Shown: positions 1 to 8,695 of the stretch, one piece after another
Position numbering within the stretch: position 1 is the first letter of the stretch
How the letters are laid out: every line of letters begins with the position of its first letter
Assembly (NCBI GenBank): GCA_903907305.1
Contig: CAIVNT010000208.1
Span: 1-44,904 of the forward strand
Origin: an uncultured Ignavibacteriota bacterium
GTDB taxonomy: Bacteria; Bacteroidota; Ignavibacteria; UBA10030; UBA8401
DNA: 44,904 nucleotides
Reading direction: 5' to 3'
Notes under the pieces: model-generated
What the model was told of the DNA's origin: nothing
Seen by the model: only the letters and a program-made list of their open reading frames with translations
Databases searched by the model: none
Translations under genes and position numbers: made by a program

Positions 1-96
1 AACAAGATCAGAGTCATCCAGCGACGGGCTTATGGGTTGCGAGACGAAGAATATCTTCGTCTTAAAATCCTTGCCTGTATGCTGCCTGATTTTTAA
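1..96 (+). CDS. ISL3-family transposase, C-terminal fragment (truncated by window edge)
   Basis: Frame 1 translates NKIRVIQRRAYGLRDEEYLRLKILACMLPDF*, matching the conserved ISL3 C-terminus (N-K-I-K/R-x-I-x-R-R-A-Y-G-x-R). Confidence 0.9.
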   Translation, partial: NKIRVIQRRAYGLRDEEYLRLKILACMLPDF

Positions 97-140
97 CCAA
101 AATAGCTCCTGATTTTACCCACTCGATCGGGAGAAGAGCC
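1..140 (+). mobile_element. Right end of an ISL3-family insertion sequence
   Basis: The transposase tail is followed by ...GGGAGAAGAGCC (reverse complement GGCTCTTC, a typical ISL3 terminus) ending at 140, then AT-rich AAAATTTA (141-148), a candidate 8-bp target duplication. The left end lies outside the window. Confidence 0.85.
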
Positions 141-246
141 AAAATTTATAGTCAGCAATAGATTCTTCCCTATGGGAACGTAGATCGTCCTGATACTTTA
201 AAACAAGAACTTTGCATTGAGACTCAGAATAATACCTTCCCTGGAG

Positions 247-1359
247 TTACTCTTTTTCCATCAAAAAAAGATACTCCACATACTTCCCGTCGCTGTTGAT
301 CCATTCGTTCGTCCAGCGCATATTTCCCATCACATTCTTCTTATAGTCGATCTCCACGGCGCGGATGAGTTTCCCTCCCGTATTGAGGATTTCGTGCAAT
401 GCTTCTTTTGTTGCCCGTCCGCCCGAACTGTACGAGAGTAAAATATATTTTGATCTCGTCTGTTCGATCAATGAACGGATCGCATTCATGGCAAGAAAAT
501 TTCCGTTCTCATCTTTTCTGAATTCTTCAAAAACAGAAGGCGAGGCAGTGTCCCGGGAATCTTCGCGGCGGTTCACTTTTCCGAAGAGCTGCGGCTTGTC
601 ATTTTGGATAACGGTCGTCCAGATATGATAATAGGAATTGTAGCGAACCCTGCTCGGAGGCATCTTCTCATTATTGGAGCCGTAGGGAGGATCGAAATAG
701 GCGAGATCGAATTCCGCTTCGTTGACGGTATCAAAGACATCTTTTCGAACGACGCGGTTCTTGCCTTTGCTGATGAATAGTTTCGGAAGCCGCAGTTTCA
801 TCTCGTTGTGTGAACGGGGGGACCAGTCCGCCAGATATGCAGCGAAGTGGCCCAGCGTGCTGTCCACAGAATCGAGCGCGAGGATAAGACTCGTCAATGC
901 CACGGCCTTTTCAATTTCATTAAGACCCATCCTGTCTATCTCATCGCGGACAGCATCGAGCTTCATGGTATTCTTTAATTGAAATGGACGCTTCTCACCG
1001 GTCGCTTCAGTTCCGCCGTAATGTCCGGAGAACCATCCTTCGTATCCATTAAGACTGTTCAGATGATCGATGATGCGCTGATACTCTTTCGGTTCGCGCT
1101 CATTCATGAGATAAGCTGTGGCCAAAGTTTCGGACCAGACGGAGATGTCGCTGGATGTAGTATTGAATCCGAGTTTTGCAAACAATTGACTCACACGCGT
1201 TGAGCCGGAGAATCCGTCCAGCACAGTCGTTATCGGTAACGGAGAAATGATGTCGATGATGGAGGGAAGGATCTTCCGTTTGGAACCGGCGTATTTTATC
1301 CCTTCCGTGTCGGGGACGGGATGGTGTACAGCGGTATTTATTGGGACTCCAATATTCAT
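247..1359 (-). CDS. N6-adenine DNA methyltransferase (Dam/FokI-like, alpha-group motif order)
   Basis: KYAGSK motif X, DGFSGS SAM-binding motif I, DPPY catalytic motif IV. Start placed at ATG 1359; the ORF track extends to 1398. Confidence 0.9.
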   Translation of the reverse strand: MNIGVPINTAVHHPVPDTEGIKYAGSKRKILPSIIDIISPLPITTVLDGFSGSTRVSQLFAKLGFNTTSSDISVWSETLATAYLMNEREPKEYQRIIDHLNSLNGYEGWFSGHYGGTEATGEKRPFQLKNTMKLDAVRDEIDRMGLNEIEKAVALTSLILALDSVDSTLGHFAAYLADWSPRSHNEMKLRLPKLFISKGKNRVVRKDVFDTVNEAEFDLAYFDPPYGSNNEKMPPSRVRYNSYYHIWTTVIQNDKPQLFGKVNRREDSRDTASPSVFEEFRKDENGNFLAMNAIRSLIEQTRSKYILLSYSSGGRATKEALHEILNTGGKLIRAVEIDYKKNVMGNMRWTNEWINSDGKYVEYLFLMEKE

Positions 1360-1488
1360 AGAATGATACATTCTATTAAAATCGAGGAAGAGACGCAATA
1401 CGGAATCGGGTCAAAGCAGGGGTATAGGTGCGATGCTGGATATTGGATACTGAATTGCGTTTTTGTTGCGGGTGGGTAATGGGCAATC

Positions 1489-1522
1489 ACCGTAGGTCAT
1501 GACTTAAGTCATGTCCTACGGT
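1489..1522. repeat. GTAG-type REP-like palindrome
   Basis: ACCGTAGGTCATGACTTAAGTCATGTCCTACGGT, palindromic with one mismatch; core GTAG...CTAC at 1492-1519. Confidence 0.75.
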
Positions 1523-1561
1523 AATCCATTTTCCAATTTGTGTTCATTCGTGGATTATACA

Positions 1562-2761
1562 TTATTTCATGAATGGATCAGACCACTTCACATCCGAATA
1601 GACATTCGTTCCGGCAAGCGTGCGGATGAATGCGATGAGTGCATCCTTCTCCTGCTGCGTAAGATTGAGATTCTGCGGATTGCCGGCGGGGCGAAGGCGC
1701 GGATCGAGATTTGTGTTTCCCGCAGGATTGATATTGTTGTAATGATTGATCACGGTGATCAATTGATTCGATAATCCGATATGCATGAACGGTCCGTTGC
1801 TGGAGCCATCCACCTTCACTGCGTCGCGCAGGCTTGGTGCGCGCGTTACCGTAGCATCCGTACCGCCGGCAAATGAACCGATGACGCCGTTATTCAATGT
1901 GCGCGGATCGATATCGAATTCCGGTCCCGCATGACACCCTGCGCATCCAGCGCCGCCGGCAACTCTTGTCCCGGTACCGTCAAACTGCGGAGGAGCGAAA
2001 AAGAGATTCTTTCCGTCATTCTCGAGCATGGAAAAATTTGTGAACGGTGCCTGATCGTTTCCCGCCGCCGCGCGTCCAGCATCGTATTTTGAATCGAAGG
2101 ACTGAATGCTGCGGATGAACTGCGCGAGGCACTCCTGCATCCTTGCCTCGGTGATCACTGCATCACCGAAGACGGTGGTGAACAATTCTTTATAATAGTC
2201 CAGCGCCTGCAGTTTTGCGATAAGATCGTTCAACGACGGATCGCCGTCCGCTCCGCTGAATCCCATCTCTTTATGGTCCTGCATCGGCCGTGTGGTCTGA
2301 TTCTCCAGCGACGATGCACGTTCATCCCAAAAGAATTTCACTTCGTTGGAGAACCGGGAGTTGACAAGACGCATCGCGTGCCGGCCGGTTGTTCCATTAA
2401 CACCGGTACTTGCTGTTGCCGTATCGCTGAAAGCGAATTGCTGTAGATGACACGATGCGCAGGCGATGGTATTGTTCGTAGAAAGATGTTTGTCGTAGAA
2501 CAACACTCTGCCGAGTGTTGCTTTTGCATTGGTGATCGTATTGCCGGCGGAATTATCCTTGGTGATATACGACGGGATCGGCTGCGCTGCGTAATTCGGC
2601 AGTGCGTTCATATTGATCGCCGAACCGAAAGTTTTTAACAGCGTTTCGGACGGGGGAAGTGCCGATGCCGATGTTGTTGTTTCATCTTTCGTGCAGGCGG
2701 TAATGAACATGAGTCCGGTGAACAAAACAGAGAGAAGAGCGGTGCGGATTGCGGTCATCAT
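1562..2761 (-). CDS. Diheme cytochrome c peroxidase / MauG-superfamily lipoprotein
   Basis: Lipobox ITAC, LGRVLFYD, two CxxCH motifs (CASCH, CAGCH), FFWDER, and PSLR...PFMH. Confidence 0.9.
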   Translation of the reverse strand: MMTAIRTALLSVLFTGLMFITACTKDETTTSASALPPSETLLKTFGSAINMNALPNYAAQPIPSYITKDNSAGNTITNAKATLGRVLFYDKHLSTNNTIACASCHLQQFAFSDTATASTGVNGTTGRHAMRLVNSRFSNEVKFFWDERASSLENQTTRPMQDHKEMGFSGADGDPSLNDLIAKLQALDYYKELFTTVFGDAVITEARMQECLAQFIRSIQSFDSKYDAGRAAAGNDQAPFTNFSMLENDGKNLFFAPPQFDGTGTRVAGGAGCAGCHAGPEFDIDPRTLNNGVIGSFAGGTDATVTRAPSLRDAVKVDGSSNGPFMHIGLSNQLITVINHYNNINPAGNTNLDPRLRPAGNPQNLNLTQQEKDALIAFIRTLAGTNVYSDVKWSDPFMK

Positions 2762-2806
2762 AGAAATACCATGTTGTGAATAATGTGTGAATGTGCTTAT
2801 GATACT

Positions 2807-2836
2807 TTAAACGACAAAAAATCGGACTTCCTTCGC
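2807..2836 (-). promoter_or_regulatory. Putative ECF sigma promoter upstream of the peroxidase gene
   Basis: Minus strand GCGAAGG-N15-TCGTTTAA; the same motif and spacing occur at 3642-3671. Confidence 0.7.
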
Positions 2837-2842
2837 TGATTT

Positions 2843-2870
2843 AAAAACAAATCGCCCCTGACGGGGCGAA
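2843..2870 (-). terminator. Intrinsic terminator after the ECF module
   Basis: TCGCCCC-4 nt-GGGGCGA hairpin followed by TTTGTTTTT on the minus strand. Confidence 0.7.
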
Positions 2871-2897
2871 TGATGAAAACTGTTAAAAAAAATGCGA

Positions 2898-3368
2898 TTA
2901 CTGAGGACGACGTTCTTTCGGCAAAAAAAGTTCGGCAAGTTCATGGGATAACGAATTGAAATCATTCATCTGATCGGGACGGCAGATCATTCGGATGCCC
3001 GAAAAATGATCGATGTGTGCATGTTCAACGCGACGCTGCACGGTGCCGATACGTTCAATAAGGGAATCCTCTTTCGCCGGATCCGGGGATGGGAGCAGTG
3101 AGAAGAGTTTGCGTTTCAACAGCATGATCTCTTCGTCTGCCGAACGAATTGTCTGCTGATGCTGTTCGATCAAAGAATCATATCGGTCGATCTGGGCTTT
3201 GTCAAAACGGAGACGTTCGATAATGATGTGTTTCGGTCCTTCTCCGTTTCGATCTCCGTCCGGACGGGGCGGTTTGTTAAGCAGCAGGAATGAGATGACG
3301 CCGACATTCATCAGAAAAAGGACAGCAACTGCGATGGTAAGAAGTTTGGTCTTATTCATAGAGATCAT
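2898..3368 (-). CDS. Membrane-anchored periplasmic sensor (Spy/CpxP or heavy-metal sensor-like)
   Basis: Single N-terminal TM, helical body with L-x-F-D-x-x-Q and C-terminal ICRPDQ...F pattern; overlaps the upstream anti-sigma gene. Confidence 0.7.
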   Translation of the reverse strand: MISMNKTKLLTIAVAVLFLMNVGVISFLLLNKPPRPDGDRNGEGPKHIIIERLRFDKAQIDRYDSLIEQHQQTIRSADEEIMLLKRKLFSLLPSPDPAKEDSLIERIGTVQRRVEHAHIDHFSGIRMICRPDQMNDFNSLSHELAELFLPKERRPQ

Positions 3369-3639
3369 TGGATGATGAAAGATTCATCGATATAGCTAGA
3401 TGCTGGATACTTGATGAATGGGTTTTAATTCCAGCAAACGAAGAGACAACAATGATGTTGATAACCGCTAATGCAAGTAACGATGAAATGACAGCGAAGC
3501 GGAACTTCGTGCTTACCGAAGATTGTGAAACGGATGCGATCCGCTGTTCGATCCTGGTGAAGAGGAAGGGAGGCGCGTCCACCGGACGGATCTTCTCCAA
3601 TTTGTTCAGTTCAGTATCAATGTTCATCGTCGTCTTCAT
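3352..3639 (-). CDS. Putative single-pass anti-sigma factor
   Basis: 95 aa, APPFLFTRI motif followed by one TM; directly downstream of the ECF sigma gene. Confidence 0.7.
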   Translation of the reverse strand: MKTTMNIDTELNKLEKIRPVDAPPFLFTRIEQRIASVSQSSVSTKFRFAVISSLLALAVINIIVVSSFAGIKTHSSSIQHLAISMNLSSSNDLYE

Positions 3640-3641
3640 AG

Positions 3642-3671
3642 TTATACGATTAATATTATGATTTCCTTCGC
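3642..3671 (-). promoter_or_regulatory. Putative ECF sigma promoter for the anti-sigma/sensor genes, overlapping the sigma 3' end
   Basis: Minus strand GCGAAGG-N15-TCGTATAA. Confidence 0.65.
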
Positions 3672-4192
3672 TCCATCATGGAAGAAAGTGATTGTTTTGC
3701 CCGTTGGACCAATGATTCCAGCGCTTTTGGCGTGATATTCATGATCTCCGCCGCCTCTTTTTGCGAACGGTCCTCGATCTTCATCAGGATAATGGCGGTC
3801 CGCTGTTTTTCCGGAAGGTTGTCGATGAACGAGAAGAGCCGTTCCACTTCCTCTTTATCCTCCATCAGGACGCCGGGATGATCGAAATGTCCCGGGTCCA
3901 ACTCCCTACCCGAATCATCCGGACCGAACAGGGAGGTGATGAACGCAAAACGTTTTTGCGTCTTCTTCGCTTTGATGAAATCGAGATTGTGATTGATGGT
4001 GATGCGGTAGATCCAGGTCTTGAGGGAAGAGAGCGCTTCGTTATGCTCATGTAAATGATCGTGGATCTTCACGAACACTTCCTGAGTGATGTCCTGAGCA
4101 TCCTCTGCATTGTGAACGTACTGCAGCGAAAGATTGTAGACGAGATTTTTGTATTCTTCGTAGACGTCCCGGAACGAACGGCTGTCAGTCAT
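3656..4192 (-). CDS. ECF RNA polymerase sigma-70 factor
   Basis: DAQDITQEVF and TWIYRI (region 2); LPEKQR...EAAEIM HTH (region 4). Confidence 0.95.
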   Translation of the reverse strand: MTDSRSFRDVYEEYKNLVYNLSLQYVHNAEDAQDITQEVFVKIHDHLHEHNEALSSLKTWIYRITINHNLDFIKAKKTQKRFAFITSLFGPDDSGRELDPGHFDHPGVLMEDKEEVERLFSFIDNLPEKQRTAIILMKIEDRSQKEAAEIMNITPKALESLVQRAKQSLSSMMERRKS

Positions 4193-4228
4193 GAGTGGAT
4201 TCGCATGGATAGGAACATAAGGGAAGGT

Positions 4229-4708
4229 CTATTTTTTCCTCTGCTGAAGATTTTTTTCGTACCGGGCGATCCACTCTTTCACCGTCATCTTGCCTGCCAA
4301 TTTCCCGATGATTGCGAACGGTATCTGGTCCATTTTTTTGAAACGGACGCATCCTTTTCCCATATCGAGTTTTGCGGGAGCCGCTTTCGCATATTCCTGC
4401 GTGAACCATTCCAATAATTTTTTATCTGCATAGAGGCCGAGATGATGGAGGACGATGAAGTTCTTCTGTGAACCAAGGTTCATGAACGGCAGCATGTGCT
4501 GCGGATTCACGTGATATCCGGCAGGATAGATGGAATGCGGCACATAATATCCCAGCATGCCGTACGTGATCCCTTCTTTGAATCCTTTCGGCAGATGTTT
4601 CACGATCTGACGACGCAGTTCCTTCATAGCCGCTTTCCGGTCATCGGGAAGGGTGTCGAGATATTCCTTTGGAGTGGAGGCTTTGGACTTCATCATTGTA
4701 TCATTCAC
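4229..4708 (-). CDS. DUF1801-domain protein
   Basis: YGMLGYYVPHSIYPAGYH and LDMGKGCVRFKK are typical of this family. Confidence 0.85.
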   Translation of the reverse strand: MNDTMMKSKASTPKEYLDTLPDDRKAAMKELRRQIVKHLPKGFKEGITYGMLGYYVPHSIYPAGYHVNPQHMLPFMNLGSQKNFIVLHHLGLYADKKLLEWFTQEYAKAAPAKLDMGKGCVRFKKMDQIPFAIIGKLAGKMTVKEWIARYEKNLQQRKK

Positions 4709-4932
4709 ATATTTGTGGTGTTCTTTTTCCCGGCGTTTTAGTTCTCTTTACTTCTGTAAAATACCCGCACACCAACATGTTGTTCTGCTTAGCGCAAAGT
4801 AGTAAAGTTCCGAAAGAGGAGCAAGTTGTCGCAATAGATGAACCGGGACCGATATTACGTATTCACGTGATTGCTGAAATACTCCGGAATGCGTACGTTA
4901 ATACCAATAAGTTGTTCTTCAACCGGAGGATC

Positions 4933-6015
4933 ATGGGAAAATATATTATTGCAGCAGCATTACTTTTGACAGCGCTCTTTGAAGGATGTTTACTCAACGA
5001 AGATCCGTATCCGCCACCAGTAGAAAATACCGGTGTACAAGAGATCACAGCAGGAATGTATCCATCCGTCTCGCCGGACGGAAAGAAGCTTTCATTCTCT
5101 CGGAACGGCGCCATCTACATATGTGATACGAGCGGAATGAATACCGTGCAATTAACAAGCGGAGTCTTCAACGATATAATGCCGCAGTGGAAGCCAAACG
5201 GAGGTTCGGTTGGTTTCATCCGTCAGGGGAACGGCGCATACGGTCTATTGATGAACGTGGATACGGCCCAAAAATTTGTAATGACCGTTTCAATTCATGA
5301 TTCTGTTCTATGCCGGACCGGCACAAAATCTTTATCCGGATATATGAACAACAATACTGAACGAAATTCTGCACCGGTGTGGGGATGGTCCCCCTCTGGA
5401 GAGTATGCTGCATTCTACAAGGGAAACGATACGAGCACCCAGTTGGCTGTTATCCGGTCCGACGGAACCGGAAAGAGGATGGGAACATATCCGTTGTTTC
5501 GGTCTCAACGATATGACTATTTCGGAAATACTTCGGGATTCTGCTGGCTTCCGCCGGGGAACAACATTATCATTGCTTCTAGCGTGTTGACCGACACGAG
5601 TTTTCTCTATGTCGTTTCCGTGGGCTCGGATTCGATGGTCCGTATGACGGAAAAAAAACATATAGCGTATCCGACATGTTCTGCCGACGGAAGGTACATC
5701 GGTTTCAGGTCCTATTATTCTGTTTACGGGTATTATATCCTGGACCGGCAAACCGGCTTTTTTTCATCAACAGGCGGCGCATATTCTCCAAAACTCTCTC
5801 CCAACGGAAAATATGTCGTCTCGTATAGTTATTCCTACAGCGGGAACCCCGATGCATATCCTTCATCTGTCCTTGTCTGTGCAAATGTGTCAACAGGAAT
5901 GAGTTCAACAATAGCATTGTCGGATTGGGACTACAGTTTTGTGTTCGATCCTTCCTCCCGGTATGTGTATCTTTCACGCGGAACAATTATCCGAAGAGTT
6001 CCGCTCCCGCAATGA
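4933..6015 (+). CDS. TolB-like beta-propeller (PD40 repeat) lipoprotein
   Basis: GGAGG at 4925-4929 before ATG 4933; signal peptide ending FEGC; repeated SPDGK/WSPSG/SPNGK motifs. Confidence 0.8.
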   Translation: MGKYIIAAALLLTALFEGCLLNEDPYPPPVENTGVQEITAGMYPSVSPDGKKLSFSRNGAIYICDTSGMNTVQLTSGVFNDIMPQWKPNGGSVGFIRQGNGAYGLLMNVDTAQKFVMTVSIHDSVLCRTGTKSLSGYMNNNTERNSAPVWGWSPSGEYAAFYKGNDTSTQLAVIRSDGTGKRMGTYPLFRSQRYDYFGNTSGFCWLPPGNNIIIASSVLTDTSFLYVVSVGSDSMVRMTEKKHIAYPTCSADGRYIGFRSYYSVYGYYILDRQTGFFSSTGGAYSPKLSPNGKYVVSYSYSYSGNPDAYPSSVLVCANVSTGMSSTIALSDWDYSFVFDPSSRYVYLSRGTIIRRVPLPQ

Positions 6016-6106
6016 TGCATTCGAAGGAATGCTATGACTCAAAACTACGTCATCACCTCGACTGCATTGTTGTAGGACAGCTCAAAGGTATTCAATAACT
6101 AATACG

Positions 6107-8395
6107 TTACAACTCATATTCGACGCCGAAGATCGGCAGAAGATTCCACTGGTAGATCGTATCCTGCTTCCCCTTTTTTTCATTCCAGAAATATACCGCG
6201 ACATTCTTTTGATTGTACGCATTCCATGCACTGAGGTAAACGACAAGATTGGAATGCTCGGAATGGAACCGCTTATCGAACCGGACATTCAGTGAATGAT
6301 AGGCGGGATACCGTTCTCCGTTGATGCGCGCCGGATCGAGAACGGCACGTTTTTCCGCCGCTGAACGTGTCAGATCAAGAGGCGTGAATGGAGTTCCGCC
6401 GGCGAATATCCACCGTGCGCTGAATTCCCATTCTGCGTTCGGCTTATAACCCCCCTCCACACTTACGATCATCTGATTGTCGAATACGCGCCTTCTCCAG
6501 AGACCATCTGCACCCTGATATTCTGTGCGGAAGAGTGTTACACTCGCGAGTCCGTAAAAATCCGCCGCCAGTTTCTTCTGCAATGTCAATTCAAGACCGC
6601 GGGAACGGGCCTTGCCGCTGTTCGATAACTGACCGTGACTGAAGTAGAGTCCTCCGCGGTAGAACATCTCGTCCACCAGAAAGAGTGACGGATCGGATGG
6701 ATCGACCGGAAAATCGTAGTATTCCTTTTGATAGATCTCGGCTGTGAATTTTGTCTCTTCATTCAGCAAATGGTCGACACCGGCGATGTAGTGGACAGCA
6801 TACGGATCGCGAAGTTCCTTATTCCGAGCATCCTGCGAAAGGAGAGAGAGCGGCATATTCTGATAGAACATTCCGGACGACATATTGAATGTTGTGACAT
6901 CGCTGAGTGCAAGGGAGAGTGATGCGCGCGGAGAGACCGTCATCCGGTCATTGTAGGAAAAATAATCCGCCCGTGTGCCGACGGTGAATGTCAGCAGTGA
7001 GAACGGATGGACGATGTATGTAATGAAAGCGCCGAGTTTTGACGCGTTGATCTTGTTGTTATTTGCTGACGCAGGGGAAGAGTCCCCGACAGCATTGGTG
7101 AAACTACCGAACGCGTTGTCATATTTTTCCATGAACTGTTTTGTTTCGATGCCGAATTCCAGCGAATGCACATCCGACAAACGGAGCCGATTGCTGTTGC
7201 GCAGTGAGACTGCTGTCTGCGTGGAATGATTCTTCACGATCGGCAGACCGGTATTCGTCTCAAAGAAATCCTCTTGTGCTTTTGTTGTCTGCACACCAAG
7301 CGAAGTGTTCGAGTAGAAGTCGCTGCTCCACAGCGCACGCCAGACGATTCCGCCCGCATTCTGGTAGATGTCCTGATTCCCGTAGAAGAGCATATCGTTC
7401 TCTTCTGCGACGGTGCGGTCGGGGTTATTGTGATCATCACCCCCCAAAAACACGAGACTCAATTTGTGATGCGGTGAGAGATCGTAGACGATCTTTCCTT
7501 GCACATCGCCGTATTGCGGAGCCGCCGTTGTGCCGATGTCGAACATCTTCACCAGATACTCGAGATAACTTCTCCGGACCGAAAGGAGGAATGAACCATG
7601 TTCGTCGAGCGGTCCTTCAACCACCCCGCCGAATCCCATCACATTCAGATCGAGCTGTCCTTCGAAATTCTCGCGATTGCCTTCGCGCATGGACATCTGC
7701 AGTACGGAGGAGAGTTTATCGCCGTGACTTGCCGAAAATCCGCCGGCAGCAAAATTCACTTCATCGATAAGATCGATATTCACCATGCCGATCGGTCCGC
7801 CGGTCGCCCCCTGCGTGGGAAAGTGATTGATGTTCTGTATCTCAATACCATCGAGAAAGAATGCGTTCTCGAGCGGACTTCCGCCGCGGACGATAAGACT
7901 GTTGGATTGGTCGTTCACTTTGGCGAGACTCGGCAGACCCATGACCACCCGGCTGATATCTCCGCCGGAACCCGGCGCACGGCGGATCTCCTCCGCGCTC
8001 AGCGCTGTGATGCTCACCGGCTGAACATCGTTCGTATGGAAATATCCTGCAGTAACGACTACCTGATCGCTTTCCACCGTCTGTTCGGAGAGTTCACCAG
8101 TGACCGTTGTTGTGCGTTGAGAACGGATGATGATATCAGTCTTCGTAATGGTCGCATACCCGAGCATGCGAAACTGTAAGGAATAATTTCCGATAGGAAT
8201 ATTCTTGATGACGAACTTTCCGTCCGGATCGGTCACCGCGCCGAGCGAAGTATTTATGACAATGATATTCGCGCCGACGAGTGGGGAGCGGGTGGCCTGG
8301 TCAAGTGCGGTCCCTTCGACTGAGCCGGTATATTGCGGCTGCGAAAGAAGAATTCCGGAGCAGAGGATGAGGAACAATGCAACAGTGCGTTTCAT
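6107..8395 (-). CDS. TonB-dependent receptor with N-terminal carboxypeptidase-regulatory-like domain
   Basis: Signal peptide, PLVGANI...GAVTDPDG, plug VRGGSPLEN...NINHF, beta-barrel with C-terminal GVEYEL. Confidence 0.9.
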   Translation of the reverse strand: MKRTVALFLILCSGILLSQPQYTGSVEGTALDQATRSPLVGANIIVINTSLGAVTDPDGKFVIKNIPIGNYSLQFRMLGYATITKTDIIIRSQRTTTVTGELSEQTVESDQVVVTAGYFHTNDVQPVSITALSAEEIRRAPGSGGDISRVVMGLPSLAKVNDQSNSLIVRGGSPLENAFFLDGIEIQNINHFPTQGATGGPIGMVNIDLIDEVNFAAGGFSASHGDKLSSVLQMSMREGNRENFEGQLDLNVMGFGGVVEGPLDEHGSFLLSVRRSYLEYLVKMFDIGTTAAPQYGDVQGKIVYDLSPHHKLSLVFLGGDDHNNPDRTVAEENDMLFYGNQDIYQNAGGIVWRALWSSDFYSNTSLGVQTTKAQEDFFETNTGLPIVKNHSTQTAVSLRNSNRLRLSDVHSLEFGIETKQFMEKYDNAFGSFTNAVGDSSPASANNNKINASKLGAFITYIVHPFSLLTFTVGTRADYFSYNDRMTVSPRASLSLALSDVTTFNMSSGMFYQNMPLSLLSQDARNKELRDPYAVHYIAGVDHLLNEETKFTAEIYQKEYYDFPVDPSDPSLFLVDEMFYRGGLYFSHGQLSNSGKARSRGLELTLQKKLAADFYGLASVTLFRTEYQGADGLWRRRVFDNQMIVSVEGGYKPNAEWEFSARWIFAGGTPFTPLDLTRSAAEKRAVLDPARINGERYPAYHSLNVRFDKRFHSEHSNLVVYLSAWNAYNQKNVAVYFWNEKKGKQDTIYQWNLLPIFGVEYEL

Positions 8396-8458
8396 GGGAT
8401 AACCTTGTGAATGTTTGAAAAAGTCACAACATGAATAGTGTTGTGAAAAATTACACTA

Positions 8459-8466
8459 CAAAGTTA
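8459..8466 (-). promoter_or_regulatory. Bacteroidota-type -7 promoter element
   Basis: TAACTTTG on the minus strand (consensus TAnnTTTG), about 65 bp upstream of the receptor start. Confidence 0.55.
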
Positions 8467-8587
8467 CATCACGGGAGGAAGGATTGCGCTTGAACCGATG
8501 GGTTTGAACGGGGGATTGAGGTCCAATCCCGTCGGGATGGACGGATGGTTTTTTTTGAGATAATTTCAATAAAACAAAGCCATTGTC

Positions 8588-8647
8588 TCTCGCAAAGGCG
8601 CAAAATAAATGTAAATTTTTCCTTGGCGACTTTGCGTCTTGGCGAGA
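8588..8647. repeat. Intergenic inverted repeat (CGCAAAG-type family)
   Basis: TCTCGCAAAGGCGCAAA (8588-8604) pairs with TTTGCGTCTTGGCGAGA (8631-8647), 2 mismatches. Confidence 0.7.
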
Positions 8648-8695
8648 TGCTATAGTCAGTTCAAATTGCTTGGATAATGATATGGGGTATCATTA

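Noticed and set aside
2776..2791. Two GTGAA pentamers 11 bp apart upstream of the peroxidase gene as a Pho box
   Set aside because: Only two units, located downstream of the predicted ECF promoter in an A/C-rich leader; likely chance.
4669..4932. N-terminal extensions in the ORF track (TolB-like here; also typA, GH5, acr3, arsC, ppx, TPR)
   Set aside because: Downstream ATGs give proper RBS, signal peptides or family-typical N-termini, and the extensions cross promoters, repeats or neighbouring genes.
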